From an uncultured Candidatus Saccharibacteria bacterium (GTDB taxonomy: Bacteria; Patescibacteriota; Saccharimonadia; Saccharimonadales; Saccharimonadaceae), in contig CAURUU010000003.1 in assembly GCA_963528595.1 (NCBI GenBank), forward strand, positions 11,042 through 75,041: a stretch of DNA of 64,000 nucleotides, in the 5' to 3' direction. Each line of letters begins with the position of its first letter. The stretch's first letter is position 1. Shown in pieces: positions 27,693 through 36,344 of this stretch. Below the pieces are notes generated by a model, which was not told the DNA's origin, ran no database searches, and worked only from the letters and a program-made list of their open reading frames with translations. Made by a program: the position numbers and the translations under genes.

Positions 27693-29315
27693 ATGGATGA
27701 AGATTCTATTCAAGTACGTCGTCGCCAGCAAGACGAAGATGCTACCAGGAAACGAGCGTCAATTTTAGGCTTGCAATATTTAGATACCCGCAGTTTTGAG
27801 GCTGACTTGCCGCTGGAACGAGATATTTTGACAATTGAGGAGATGTACAAAGGGCGTATCATCCCCCTAGCGCACAATGACACTGATCTGTCCTACCGTT
27901 TTGGCGTAACTTCGCAGACGCCTCAGTCGTTGATTGCTAAAATGACAAAGGATTATCGCGAAGTTGGTAAAGTTGCACACTTTTTCTTGATATCAGGCGC
28001 GGCTTTTCGTTCATTTATGCTACGGTTCGATCCGCCAAAGAGTATCGTCTATGATGATATCGAAATTGCCAAAGAAGGTGACAGCGAGACATTGCAGCAG
28101 GTGAGTCAGACACTGGCAACAGTCAGTTCAAATGACGTCTTTAACTACATCGTTGATCAAGCTGACAGATTGGGTGCATCCGACATTCACATTGAAAATC
28201 AGCGCGAGTCAATTCGTATCCGTATGCGTGTTGATGGCGCACTGCACCCAGTGGCTGAGCTCAGCCGTGACCGCTACCGTGTTATCATGGCCACTTTAGC
28301 TTCCCGTGCAAATATTTCTACGGCTGCGACCGAACCGCAGTCTGGACACATGCAACAGGAGATTTATCGTGACGGTGCTTCGCACCTCTTGAACTTGCGT
28401 GTTGAGGCAGTCCCAACAATGTATGGCCAAGATGTAGTGATGCGTTTGTTTAACTTTGATACAGCCATGTTGAATTTGGATTTGTTGAGCATCACTCCGG
28501 CTGAGCGCGCGCAAATCGATGAAGTTATTTCACACCCACGCGGTATGGTTTTGATGGTTGGTCCGACGGGTTCTGGTAAATCAACCACGCTTTACAGTAT
28601 CTTGAATGCTTTGAACACTACCGATCGTAAAATTATCACCCTGGAAGATCCAGTGGAAAACACCATTCCTGGCGTGACGCAAATCCCTATCGACACCACG
28701 GCTGGACAGGAGTTTGCTGATGGTCTTCGCAGTGTGCTGCGTATGGACCCGGATGTGGTGATGGTTGGTGAGATTCGTGACAACGAAACTGCCCGCACCG
28801 CCATCCAGGCGTCAATCACCGGACACTTGGTTCTGAGCTCATTTCACGCCAACTCAACAGCGGCGGCGTTTAGTCGTATGATCGATATGATTGGTCAAAA
28901 TCCTATATTTAGCTCGGCGGTGCGTTTGCTGATTGCTCAGCGATTGGTCAGGCGGCTGCATGACGAGAGCAAAGAGGAGTACGAGCCGGATGAAGCGACT
29001 CGCCGTTGGGTAAAGGAGACGCTAAAAGGAATTCCTGACACGGTTGATTGCCCAGATTTGGACACATTTAAGCTGTGGCGACCAGTATCAACACCAGAAG
29101 CACCATTTGGCTATAAGGGTCGTATCCCGGTGATGGAGCAGTTGATTGTGACTGAAGAAATTCAGAAGTTCTTGCGCGGAGACATTCTTGATATTCATGC
29201 CGAAGCCATTGAAGAAGTTGCCAAGAAACAGGGGACTATTACGCTACTGCAGGCTGGGGTGCTGGCAGCGCTACGCGGCGAAACCACCATCGAAGAAGTG
29301 AACCGCGTCATTTAG
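27693..29315 (+). CDS. pilB: type II/IV secretion (type IV pilus assembly) ATPase, GspE/PilB family
   Basis: Walker A GPTGSGKST and the Asp box DPDVVMVGEIRD. TATAAT at 27680-27685 lies 7 nt before ATG 27693. The 27537 extension overlaps trmH and was dropped. Confidence 0.9.
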   Translation: MDEDSIQVRRRQQDEDATRKRASILGLQYLDTRSFEADLPLERDILTIEEMYKGRIIPLAHNDTDLSYRFGVTSQTPQSLIAKMTKDYREVGKVAHFFLISGAAFRSFMLRFDPPKSIVYDDIEIAKEGDSETLQQVSQTLATVSSNDVFNYIVDQADRLGASDIHIENQRESIRIRMRVDGALHPVAELSRDRYRVIMATLASRANISTAATEPQSGHMQQEIYRDGASHLLNLRVEAVPTMYGQDVVMRLFNFDTAMLNLDLLSITPAERAQIDEVISHPRGMVLMVGPTGSGKSTTLYSILNALNTTDRKIITLEDPVENTIPGVTQIPIDTTAGQEFADGLRSVLRMDPDVVMVGEIRDNETARTAIQASITGHLVLSSFHANSTAAAFSRMIDMIGQNPIFSSAVRLLIAQRLVRRLHDESKEEYEPDEATRRWVKETLKGIPDTVDCPDLDTFKLWRPVSTPEAPFGYKGRIPVMEQLIVTEEIQKFLRGDILDIHAEAIEEVAKKQGTITLLQAGVLAALRGETTIEEVNRVI

Positions 29316-29355
29316 GCGCGGCTCATATGGTTCGTATGAGTTAGCGGAGAACTTG

Positions 29356-30489
29356 CTACCGTATCACTGCGGCGACGGTTGAAACCACTCGCTCATCAAA
29401 TGGTGAAGGAATGACTTCGTCAGCAGTTGGGTTTTCGACTAGCCCAGCCAAAGCCTCGGCGGCAGCCAGTTTGTGCTGGTCGGTAATCTTTTTCACACCG
29501 TGATCCAAGGCGCCACGGAAGATGCCTGGAAATGCCAGGGAATTATTCACTTGGTTTGGAAAATCACTACGGCCGGTGGCTACCACCGCTGCGCCAGCTT
29601 GTCGAGCAACGTCTGGCATGATTTCTGGCACTGGGTTTGCTAGGGCAAAGATGATTGGATCCTTGGCCATTTTCTGTACCAACTCCGGTGTGAGTAGTCC
29701 AGCCCGCGACACGCCGATGAACACGTCAGCGTTAGTGATGGCGTCTTCAATGGAGCCAGCTTGCGACGCATCGATATATTCTAACAGCGCGGTTTTTTCC
29801 GCATTCAAATCCGTGCGAGATGCGCCAACGATGCCGCGGCTGTCCACTGCCACAATGTTCCTCGCGCCATATAGGTGCAACAATTTGATAATGGCCGTAC
29901 CAGCTGCACCAGCACCAATAACCACAAATTTACAGTCAGCCAGGTTGCGCCCAGTTAGTTTCGCGGCATTGATCAGACCTGCCAGCACCACGACCGCCGT
30001 GCCGTGTTGATCATCGTGAAACACAGGGATATCCAGCTCAGCCTTCAGACGCTCTTCAATCTCAAAGCACTTTGGTGCAGCGATATCCTCCAGGTTGATT
30101 GCTCCAAAACTCGGCGCAATTGCCTTGATCGCAGCGATAATTTCCTCTGGCTGATGAACATCCAGCACAACTGGCACAGCGTCAATATTAGCAAAATGCT
30201 TGAACAGCAGTGCCTTACCTTCCATCACTGGCATGGCGGCTTTCGGCCCCAGGTCACCGAGGCCCAAGATGGCTGAGCCATCGGAAATGACGCCGACCAA
30301 ATTATTCGTCCAGGTGTACTTTGGCAAGTCTGCTGGGTTTTTGGCGATCGCTTGACTGACTGCGCCAACGCCCGGGCTGTAATACGAGCTCAATTTGTCA
30401 CGGTCCAGTTCCTCTTGGTCGCGTAAGCTGGTAGTAATTTTACCCTTATATTTTTCGTGTAATTCAAGTGCTAATTTGTTGTAATCCAT
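29356..30489 (-). CDS. NAD(P)-dependent malic enzyme (short form)
   Basis: The GAGAAG dinucleotide fold and malic-enzyme N-terminal region are present. TACAAT at 30501-30496 lies 6 nt before ATG 30489. Confidence 0.88.
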   Translation of the reverse strand: MDYNKLALELHEKYKGKITTSLRDQEELDRDKLSSYYSPGVGAVSQAIAKNPADLPKYTWTNNLVGVISDGSAILGLGDLGPKAAMPVMEGKALLFKHFANIDAVPVVLDVHQPEEIIAAIKAIAPSFGAINLEDIAAPKCFEIEERLKAELDIPVFHDDQHGTAVVVLAGLINAAKLTGRNLADCKFVVIGAGAAGTAIIKLLHLYGARNIVAVDSRGIVGASRTDLNAEKTALLEYIDASQAGSIEDAITNADVFIGVSRAGLLTPELVQKMAKDPIIFALANPVPEIMPDVARQAGAAVVATGRSDFPNQVNNSLAFPGIFRGALDHGVKKITDQHKLAAAEALAGLVENPTADEVIPSPFDERVVSTVAAVIR

Positions 30490-30574
30490 ATTACTATTGT
30501 ACTCCATCTGGCAGGTTTTCTCCATCAGTCTGATAGATCATGTAATTCGCATGTCCATATAACCGTCAGGTGCC

Positions 30575-30709
30575 TTGTATAGTTTCATATTCTATGCTAA
30601 AATACACTGAAGTTGTACAGAGTTAAATTATTCAAGCTTTGTTAGGTGTGGAGCCGCAGGAGTACAACTGCGTGGCCAGCCGAGGCGGGTTTGGAAGATA
30701 GGAAATATC
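30575..30709 (+). promoter_or_regulatory. rplS promoter (TTGTAT-17-TGcTAAAAT) and structured leader of about 100 nt
   Basis: -35 at 30575-30580 and -10 at 30598-30603. A leader stem forms between AGTTGTAC (30611-30618) and GTACAACT (30662-30669). Confidence 0.55.
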
Positions 30710-31231
30710 ATGAGTTTTGAGTTAATCAATAAAGTTAATCAAGCACAGAAAAAGCAAGCAGTTGTTGACGCCCGCAGCGGTGACACTGTTCGTGTTTACC
30801 AGAAGATTAAAGAAGGTAACAAAGAGCGTATCCAGATGTTTGAAGGTGTGGTCATCCGCACCGACAACAAAGGCTCACACACCTCACGCATTACCGTTCG
30901 CAAAATTGCGTCAGGTGTTGGCGTGGAAAAATCATTCTTGCTGCACAGCCCGCTGATTGAAAAGGTAGAAATTGTCCGCCGCGCCAAGGTTCGCCGCAAG
31001 TTCCTCAGCTTCCTACGTAAGCGTTCTGGTAAATCAGCTCGTCTGACTGCCAAAAACTTTGACCGTGTGGCTGTCAACAACGTGCACGACGCCAAGGCTG
31101 AAGCAGAAGCTGAACGCTTGAAAGAAGAAGCTGCACAAGCTGCCGCTGCCAAGCAAGCTGAAAAAGATGCTGCTCAGGCAGAGCTTGACGCCAAGGCTGC
31201 TGAAGTAGAAGCTCGCCACAAAGAAGCGTAA
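30710..31231 (+). CDS. rplS: 50S ribosomal protein L19 with A/E/K-rich C-terminal extension
   Basis: The L19 core (GDTVRVYQKIKEGNKERIQMFEGVVI) is followed by about 55 extra residues (KAEAEAERLKEEAAQAAAAKQAEKDAAQAELDAKAAEVEARHKEA). Confidence 0.9.
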   Translation: MSFELINKVNQAQKKQAVVDARSGDTVRVYQKIKEGNKERIQMFEGVVIRTDNKGSHTSRITVRKIASGVGVEKSFLLHSPLIEKVEIVRRAKVRRKFLSFLRKRSGKSARLTAKNFDRVAVNNVHDAKAEAEAERLKEEAAQAAAAKQAEKDAAQAELDAKAAEVEARHKEA

Positions 31232-31250
31232 TTAGTTTTGAGACACATAG

Positions 31251-31275
31251 ACCGCCCTCTCTGGGGGCGGTTTTC
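31251..31275 (+). terminator. intrinsic terminator after rplS
   Basis: ACCGCCC-TCTCTGG-GGGCGGT followed by TTTC. Confidence 0.7.
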
Positions 31276-31293
31276 TCATGGTATAATGCCAAT

Positions 31294-31764
31294 ATGTCGA
31301 TCTTTCATTATATCTCTGTGTTCGTTCCCACTACTTTGGCATGTGTAGCGCCATATGTGTTGCGCCGTCATGGCTTCACTGACGAAAAGAAGTATCGCTG
31401 GTTGTTATACCTCGCTTGTGTGTTGTTTTTCATTTCGTGGTATCTGCCGTCGCCGCTCATCGAGGGGCGAGACACCAGTTTTACTACGCATTTTGTGGGC
31501 GGCGGAGTATTTACCGGGTTGTTATGGGTGTACCTGGTATTGGCGATGCGCTGGCGGTCGCACTGGCTAGTGATGGCGTTTTCGGTGTTTGCGTTGGTGT
31601 CGGCGCTGGGCTGCATCAACGAACTGGCGGAACTGTATATGGTGAAGACAGGGCTAGCGCGTATCACGCTGGATGATACCAGCTGGGATATCTTGGCGAA
31701 CACATTGGGTGCGGCGACGGTGTGGCTGGGCTGGATGGGCTGGCGGTTCATAAAAAGAAAATAG
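31294..31764 (+). CDS. membrane protein (156 aa, hypothetical)
   Basis: 4-5 hydrophobic helices. TATAAT at 31282-31287 lies 6 nt before the ATG. Confidence 0.65.
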   Translation: MSIFHYISVFVPTTLACVAPYVLRRHGFTDEKKYRWLLYLACVLFFISWYLPSPLIEGRDTSFTTHFVGGGVFTGLLWVYLVLAMRWRSHWLVMAFSVFALVSALGCINELAELYMVKTGLARITLDDTSWDILANTLGAATVWLGWMGWRFIKRK

Positions 31765-31820
31765 CCCGTCGAGAGGCTCAAACAGAACAGTTGATAGTCT
31801 GTGAGCCGTCTCGGCGGGCT
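31757..31820. repeat. palindromic intergenic element, copy C
   Basis: GAAAATAGCCCGTCGAGAGGCTCA...TGAGCCGTCTCGGCGGGCT forms an imperfect stem of about 17 bp. Its 5' end is 17/18 identical to copy B. Confidence 0.55.
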
Positions 31821-31834
31821 GTGACAGGCTCTCT

Positions 31835-31966
31835 TTAACGAGAGCCTGGGTAGATTGGACCGCCGGCCAGTAGATCTAATAACAAGATCACACCGGCCAG
31901 CAGAGTGTCCACAATGGCCAATAAGCACGTGAGTGCTATTAAAGCAGCCATGGCCCATGCCACCAC
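31835..31966 (-). CDS. small (43 aa) hydrophobic peptide, absent from the ORF track
   Basis: GGAGG at 31980-31976 lies 9 nt before GTG 31966. Product: VVAWAMAALIALTCLLAIVDTLLAGVILLLDLLAGGPIYPGSR. The stop codon lies inside hairpin CAGGCTCTC-TTTAAC-GAGAGCCTG (31825-31848). Confidence 0.4.
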   Translation of the reverse strand: MVAWAMAALIALTCLLAIVDTLLAGVILLLDLLAGGPIYPGSR

Positions 31967-32144
31967 AACTAAACACCTCCTTCCTAGTTCGGTGTGTTTA
32001 GTACTCTTTTACTATACCATAAATTATATAATAATGCAATAAGTTAGACTGTCTACTTCCATGTTACTGATGTGAGTCGATATTTATCTAATTTGAGGAC
32101 CTAGTACTCTGTGTAGGACGCAACCTTTTGTTATAATGATGGGT

Positions 32145-33161
32145 ATGATTCTCGGCATTGATGAAGTTGGGCGTGGGCCATGGGCGGGACCGCTGGTGGT
32201 TGGCGCAGTGATTTTGGGTGGTGCTGAGATTGAGGGGCTAAATGATAGTAAAAAATTAACCAAAAAACGCCGCGAGGCTTTGGACGAGGTAATTCGTGAG
32301 CAGGCGGCTGCCTGGGCGCTGGGCTGGGTGAGTGCCGGTGAACTTGACGATGTTGGTATGAGCCAAGCGCTGCGGCTGGCAACGCGGCGAGCGGTCAAGC
32401 AAATTCAGTCGCAGTGCAAGGAGAAAAATTTGGCATTTGATGAAATTATCATTGACGGGACGGTCAATTTTCTGGCGGATACGGCGCTGGAGCGATACGT
32501 GACGGTGATGGCGAAAGCTGACGGTTTGATCCCCAGTGTGTCGGCAGCATCGATTATCGCCAAAGTAGCGCGCGATCAGTACATGACCGAGCAAGACGTG
32601 GTCTATCCAGGGTACGGCTTCGCGTCAAATGCTGGCTATGGCGTGGCCAAGCATCGTGTGGCAATTGAGCGGTTGGGTGTGACGCCACTACATCGGTTGA
32701 GTTTTGCGCCGCTACAGAAGTATGTGGAGGTGGGTTCGCTACCGCCCTCCGCCAGAGTACACTCTTCACTCGCATCTCCGCTGGAGACGTCTCGTGAGCG
32801 TTCGGCTGAAACGTCCACTACTCGCGACATTGGCAACGTGGGTGAACAGGCCGCCGCGGACTGGCTGACAGCGGATGGACATGAGATTATCGCTCGCAAC
32901 TGGCGGACGCGGTACTGCGAAATTGATATTGTCAGTGTGAAAGATGATGTGCTGTGGTTTACTGAGGTAAAATACCGCAAAAATGATGATTTTGGTGGCG
33001 GGCTGGGGGCGATTACCGCCAAAAAACAGCGGCAAATGCGCTTTGCAGCTGAATTATTCATGGCAAAGCATCCGCAATATGAAGGATGCGACATGCGATT
33101 ATTGGCGGTGGCTGTCGAGGGTAATCCGCCGACAGTGCGAGAGCAGGTGGTGTTGGAGTAA
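32145..33161 (+). CDS. rnhB: ribonuclease HII fused to a YraN/UPF0102-type endonuclease domain
   Basis: The N-terminus GIDEVGRGPWAGPLV is RNase HII. The C-terminus GEQAAADWL...YCEIDIV...FTEVKYR is YraN-like PD-(D/E)xK. An S/T/P/R-rich linker joins them. TATAAT at 32132-32137 lies 7 nt before ATG 32145. Confidence 0.85.
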   Translation: MILGIDEVGRGPWAGPLVVGAVILGGAEIEGLNDSKKLTKKRREALDEVIREQAAAWALGWVSAGELDDVGMSQALRLATRRAVKQIQSQCKEKNLAFDEIIIDGTVNFLADTALERYVTVMAKADGLIPSVSAASIIAKVARDQYMTEQDVVYPGYGFASNAGYGVAKHRVAIERLGVTPLHRLSFAPLQKYVEVGSLPPSARVHSSLASPLETSRERSAETSTTRDIGNVGEQAAADWLTADGHEIIARNWRTRYCEIDIVSVKDDVLWFTEVKYRKNDDFGGGLGAITAKKQRQMRFAAELFMAKHPQYEGCDMRLLAVAVEGNPPTVREQVVLE

Positions 33162-33168
33162 AATAAAA

Positions 33169-33238
33169 CCAAAGAAAATAGCCCGCCGAACGAGCTCAAG
33201 CTGAACTCTGTTGTTCAGCGAGCTATTTTCTGGCGGGC
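33169..33238. repeat. palindromic intergenic element, copy B
   Basis: CCAAAGAAAATAGCCCGCC...GCTGAAC-TCTGTT-GTTCAGC...GAGCTATTTTCTGGCGGGC. Confidence 0.6.
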
Positions 33239-33240
33239 GG

Positions 33241-33600
33241 TTAGCCCTCTCGCTCGTCCTCTTCGGCAATATGCCGATAGAGGATTAGACGCTTCTGATC
33301 CGGGAGGTCTATTGCGTAGACCTTCCCTCCCCTCGTCTCGAGAAAAGGGGAGGTTTTCTTGAGAGCGATCAGTGCCTCCGCGAGGCGCTGGTTGTCCTCT
33401 ATTAACTCTTTGACATGGTGGTATGTTAAAGAGTCAAAAAGGTTCCTCTCAGTCTGGTCTCTGTACGAGCACCAGATTAGTACGGTGGCGTATACCGCCA
33501 TGGCCAGCAGAGCTAGGGTAATATATCCTGCCCTCGCTATGATACATGCCGCCACAGTAGCGGCGATCAGGACGACATACTGTACAATGAAACGCTTCAT
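33241..33600 (-). CDS. membrane protein (119 aa, two N-terminal TM helices)
   Basis: A GAGGAGGG SD lies 4 nt before ATG 33600. Confidence 0.6.
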   Translation of the reverse strand: MKRFIVQYVVLIAATVAACIIARAGYITLALLAMAVYATVLIWCSYRDQTERNLFDSLTYHHVKELIEDNQRLAEALIALKKTSPFLETRGGKVYAIDLPDQKRLILYRHIAEEDEREG

Positions 33601-33628
33601 GATCCCTCCTCAGGACCATCACTCAAGC

Positions 33629-33654
33629 AAAAAGGGCAACTTCACGCCCTTTTT
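33629..33654. terminator. symmetric A5-AGGGC-loop-GCCCT-T5 hairpin between a strong promoter and the 119-aa gene
   Basis: Plus strand reads AAAAAGGGCAACTTCACGCCCTTTTT. TTGACA (33712-33707) and TATA(T)AAT (33689-33682) lie upstream on the minus strand. Confidence 0.65.
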
Positions 33655-33743
33655 TGTGGAAACTCGAGCGAAAAGCTAATATATTATATACCACTAATAG
33701 AATAAAATGTCAAGATATTTTGTCAAACATGTGGCGTAATATA

Positions 33744-36269
33744 TCACAGCGTTGTTTGCAAAGCAGCGAGCACGCCCGCCTTGTCTCGCTCAATCAGCTC
33801 AACTCGTGCTGCGATTTCCGTGATACCTAGTTCAATCGTTCTGGTCAGGGCTGGGATACTCAGCATCGGCTCGAAGAAGTGGCGAAAGTCAACCAGTTCG
33901 TCGCTCGTTGTCAGCCCGATGGCAGCGTAGCGGATGAAATCATCGTAGCTTTTGTCGCCAGCAAAGGTTGTTTCAACCCACGTCCAATTGTCCTTCAGCC
34001 AATCCCAAGTGAGCTGGCGGCTTTCGTGGGTGCGGATGAGATAGACAAACCAACGGCTGGCATCTTGTGGACGAATGACGTCAGGGCGCTTGATATTTGT
34101 AAGGATTTGTTGCGCAGTTTTAGGGTTTTTGGTGGCAGTAAGTCCCAGGGTAATGTCAGCCTGTAGATCGTTTGATGGCGTCTGCTGGTAAGTTTGGAAC
34201 AGGCTGTCAATCATCTCTGGTGTCTCAAAGTGCCTTATAGTAGCGCTGATGATCAGCGAACGGATTTCTGTTGGTAATTTGTCAAGAGGCTGACTGTCAA
34301 ACCGCCGCTTGGCTTCCGCCAGCACTGCCTGGTCTTCGCTATAGATCATCAAGCCCAGAGCGGTGACGCGCCGTTCGCGGTCGTCATCAGATTCTCCAGG
34401 CTTCTCGTCCCAACCCAGTTCGTTGAACGTAGCACGAGCAAACTCGCCAGAAATTTGCTTCAAGCGGGCTTTCCCGTCTTCATCATCGTCAACAAATTTG
34501 CGTAGCTCCGCCAGTGCACCGGCTGCCATGTCAAAAACCTTCTCATTGGTTTCATGCTTCAGTGACAGCGCCAGCGGCAGGAGTGAAGCTGAATTCTCAC
34601 ATCCAGCCCTAGCTAGTAGCGTGGCGTCCTGGAGTAGGCAGATTTTGTCCAGAGTCGGCAGAGCGTGAATGTGACTGAGCAGATGCTCACGAGTAGCGGT
34701 GTTGTATTTGGTCACAAAATGCCCGTTCAGTCCGCAGTTCAGCTGCAGTGGTTTTTCAATGGTGAATGTTTTCTCACGTTCAGTTAAAATTTCGTCATCA
34801 AGTGGTTGGTTGGTGAACAATGGAATCGGCCACAAGGCGTCGGATGGCTGATGATCGCCAATGAAGAAGCGTTCTTGGCGTAGGGTGGCGGTCGGTTGAT
34901 TATCAGAGTTGTTCTGCTCGACCTGTACAATCGGCAAACCTGGCTGGGAAATCCAGGTGTTCATCAAATCAACAACTGGCTGGCCGCTGGCAGTTTCTAG
35001 CTCCCGCCACAAATCATCACCAACAGTGTTTTGGTAAGCAAATTTTTCAAAATATGACTTGAGTCCTGCCCGAAATGCTTCCTCGCCAATCAGCCGCTGT
35101 ACCATTACTAGCAGGCGTCCGCCTTTGGCATAGACGATTGCTGGATCAAACAGCGTACTAATCTCGTCTGGGTGATTGACATCGGCCTGCACTGGCTGCA
35201 CGCCGTCCAAGCTGTCGCGCCGCAGTGCCGCAGTGACTTCGCTCGTTGCAAAATCCTCCCACATCCGCCACTCGGGATGCAGTGCGTCGACTGCCACATA
35301 CTCCATCATATTAGCGAAACTTTCATTCAGCCACAGGTCATTCCACCACTGCATGGTCACCAGATTACCAAACCACTGGTGGCTGAGCTCGTGGGCGATG
35401 ACGGTGGCGATGAAGCGCTTGGATGACTCTGGCGTTAATTTTGGATCAGCCAGCAGGCAACTTTCGCGGTAGGTGATGAGTCCCCAGTTTTCCATGGCAC
35501 CCGACGAGAAATCTGGCAACGCCACATGGTCGGACTTTGGCAGCGGATATGGTACGCCAAAATATTCATCATAAAAATCAATGGAGCCAGTGGCGATGTC
35601 CAGCGCAAAATCCAGGGTCTCCTCACTCTGGGCTGGTGTGGCCCAAACATTTACCTCGACGCCAGAAGTGGTATGAGCGGTCTTTTTGTGTAGCTCACCG
35701 ACGACAAAGGCAAGGAGGTAGCTGCTCATACGCGGTGTGGTGGCAAAAGTGGTTGTCAGCGTGCCATCATGCTCGGATGATTCAATGACAGGCATATTGC
35801 CAAGGACGGTCAATTCTGGAGCGGTTACGAGTGTGACGTCGTACGTCGCCTTGGCGGCTGGTTCGTCAACACACGGGAACACTTCGCGGGCGTGGTGCGA
35901 TTCAAATTGGGTGGCAAACAGCTGCTTTTTCACGCCATTGTGGGTGAAATAACATGGATACAGCCCGTGCATAGCGTCGGTGATGGTGCCGGAAAAGTCG
36001 ATGCGAACGGTATGCTGGCCACTTGATAACTCTGGGCGCGACAAACGTAATTCATCAAATTCACCATGAGAGAACTCAGCTGGCTGGTCGTCGATCGACG
36101 CCGTATGGATAGTCAAATCTTTGGCGTGTAGCGAAATCGACTCGCCAGTCGACTCGCCGGAAATGATCACTGTGCCAGAAAACGATTTTTCCTCGGCGCG
36201 GGTCAGGTCGAGGGTTAGGTTATAGTGATGGGGTGTAAAGGTATCGAGTAAATGCTTGAGTTTTGTCAT
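33744..36269 (-). CDS. pepN: aminopeptidase N (M1 family)
   Basis: GAMENWG exopeptidase motif and HELSHQWFGNLVT...WLNESFA zinc site. TGATATAAT ends 6 nt before the ATG. Confidence 0.95.
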   Translation of the reverse strand: MTKLKHLLDTFTPHHYNLTLDLTRAEEKSFSGTVIISGESTGESISLHAKDLTIHTASIDDQPAEFSHGEFDELRLSRPELSSGQHTVRIDFSGTITDAMHGLYPCYFTHNGVKKQLFATQFESHHAREVFPCVDEPAAKATYDVTLVTAPELTVLGNMPVIESSEHDGTLTTTFATTPRMSSYLLAFVVGELHKKTAHTTSGVEVNVWATPAQSEETLDFALDIATGSIDFYDEYFGVPYPLPKSDHVALPDFSSGAMENWGLITYRESCLLADPKLTPESSKRFIATVIAHELSHQWFGNLVTMQWWNDLWLNESFANMMEYVAVDALHPEWRMWEDFATSEVTAALRRDSLDGVQPVQADVNHPDEISTLFDPAIVYAKGGRLLVMVQRLIGEEAFRAGLKSYFEKFAYQNTVGDDLWRELETASGQPVVDLMNTWISQPGLPIVQVEQNNSDNQPTATLRQERFFIGDHQPSDALWPIPLFTNQPLDDEILTEREKTFTIEKPLQLNCGLNGHFVTKYNTATREHLLSHIHALPTLDKICLLQDATLLARAGCENSASLLPLALSLKHETNEKVFDMAAGALAELRKFVDDDEDGKARLKQISGEFARATFNELGWDEKPGESDDDRERRVTALGLMIYSEDQAVLAEAKRRFDSQPLDKLPTEIRSLIISATIRHFETPEMIDSLFQTYQQTPSNDLQADITLGLTATKNPKTAQQILTNIKRPDVIRPQDASRWFVYLIRTHESRQLTWDWLKDNWTWVETTFAGDKSYDDFIRYAAIGLTTSDELVDFRHFFEPMLSIPALTRTIELGITEIAARVELIERDKAGVLAALQTTL

Positions 36270-36344
36270 GGTTTCATTATATCATTTGCGGACTGTGAGA
36301 TTGGCTGGTTGGAAAAGGCTTACGGTATTCGATATACTAGAGGT

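Noticed and set aside
29316-29355. The hairpin CTCATA-TGGTTCG-TATGAG between convergent pilB and the malic enzyme gene.
   Set aside because: The stem is 6 bp and AT-rich, with no U tract. It is too weak to call a terminator.
30673-30682. The 10-mer CCAGCCGAGG, shared between the rplS leader and repeat copy A (8806-8815).
   Set aside because: Exact 10-mer matches are expected many times by chance in 64 kb on both strands. The flanking sequence does not align.
31368-31976. A 202-aa minus-strand ORF spanning the 31294-31764 membrane gene, repeat copy C and the small ORF region.
   Set aside because: It runs through two strong hairpins and lies antisense to a plausible membrane protein. It has no SD. 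A different frame at its 5' end contains the SD-preceded 43-aa ORF.
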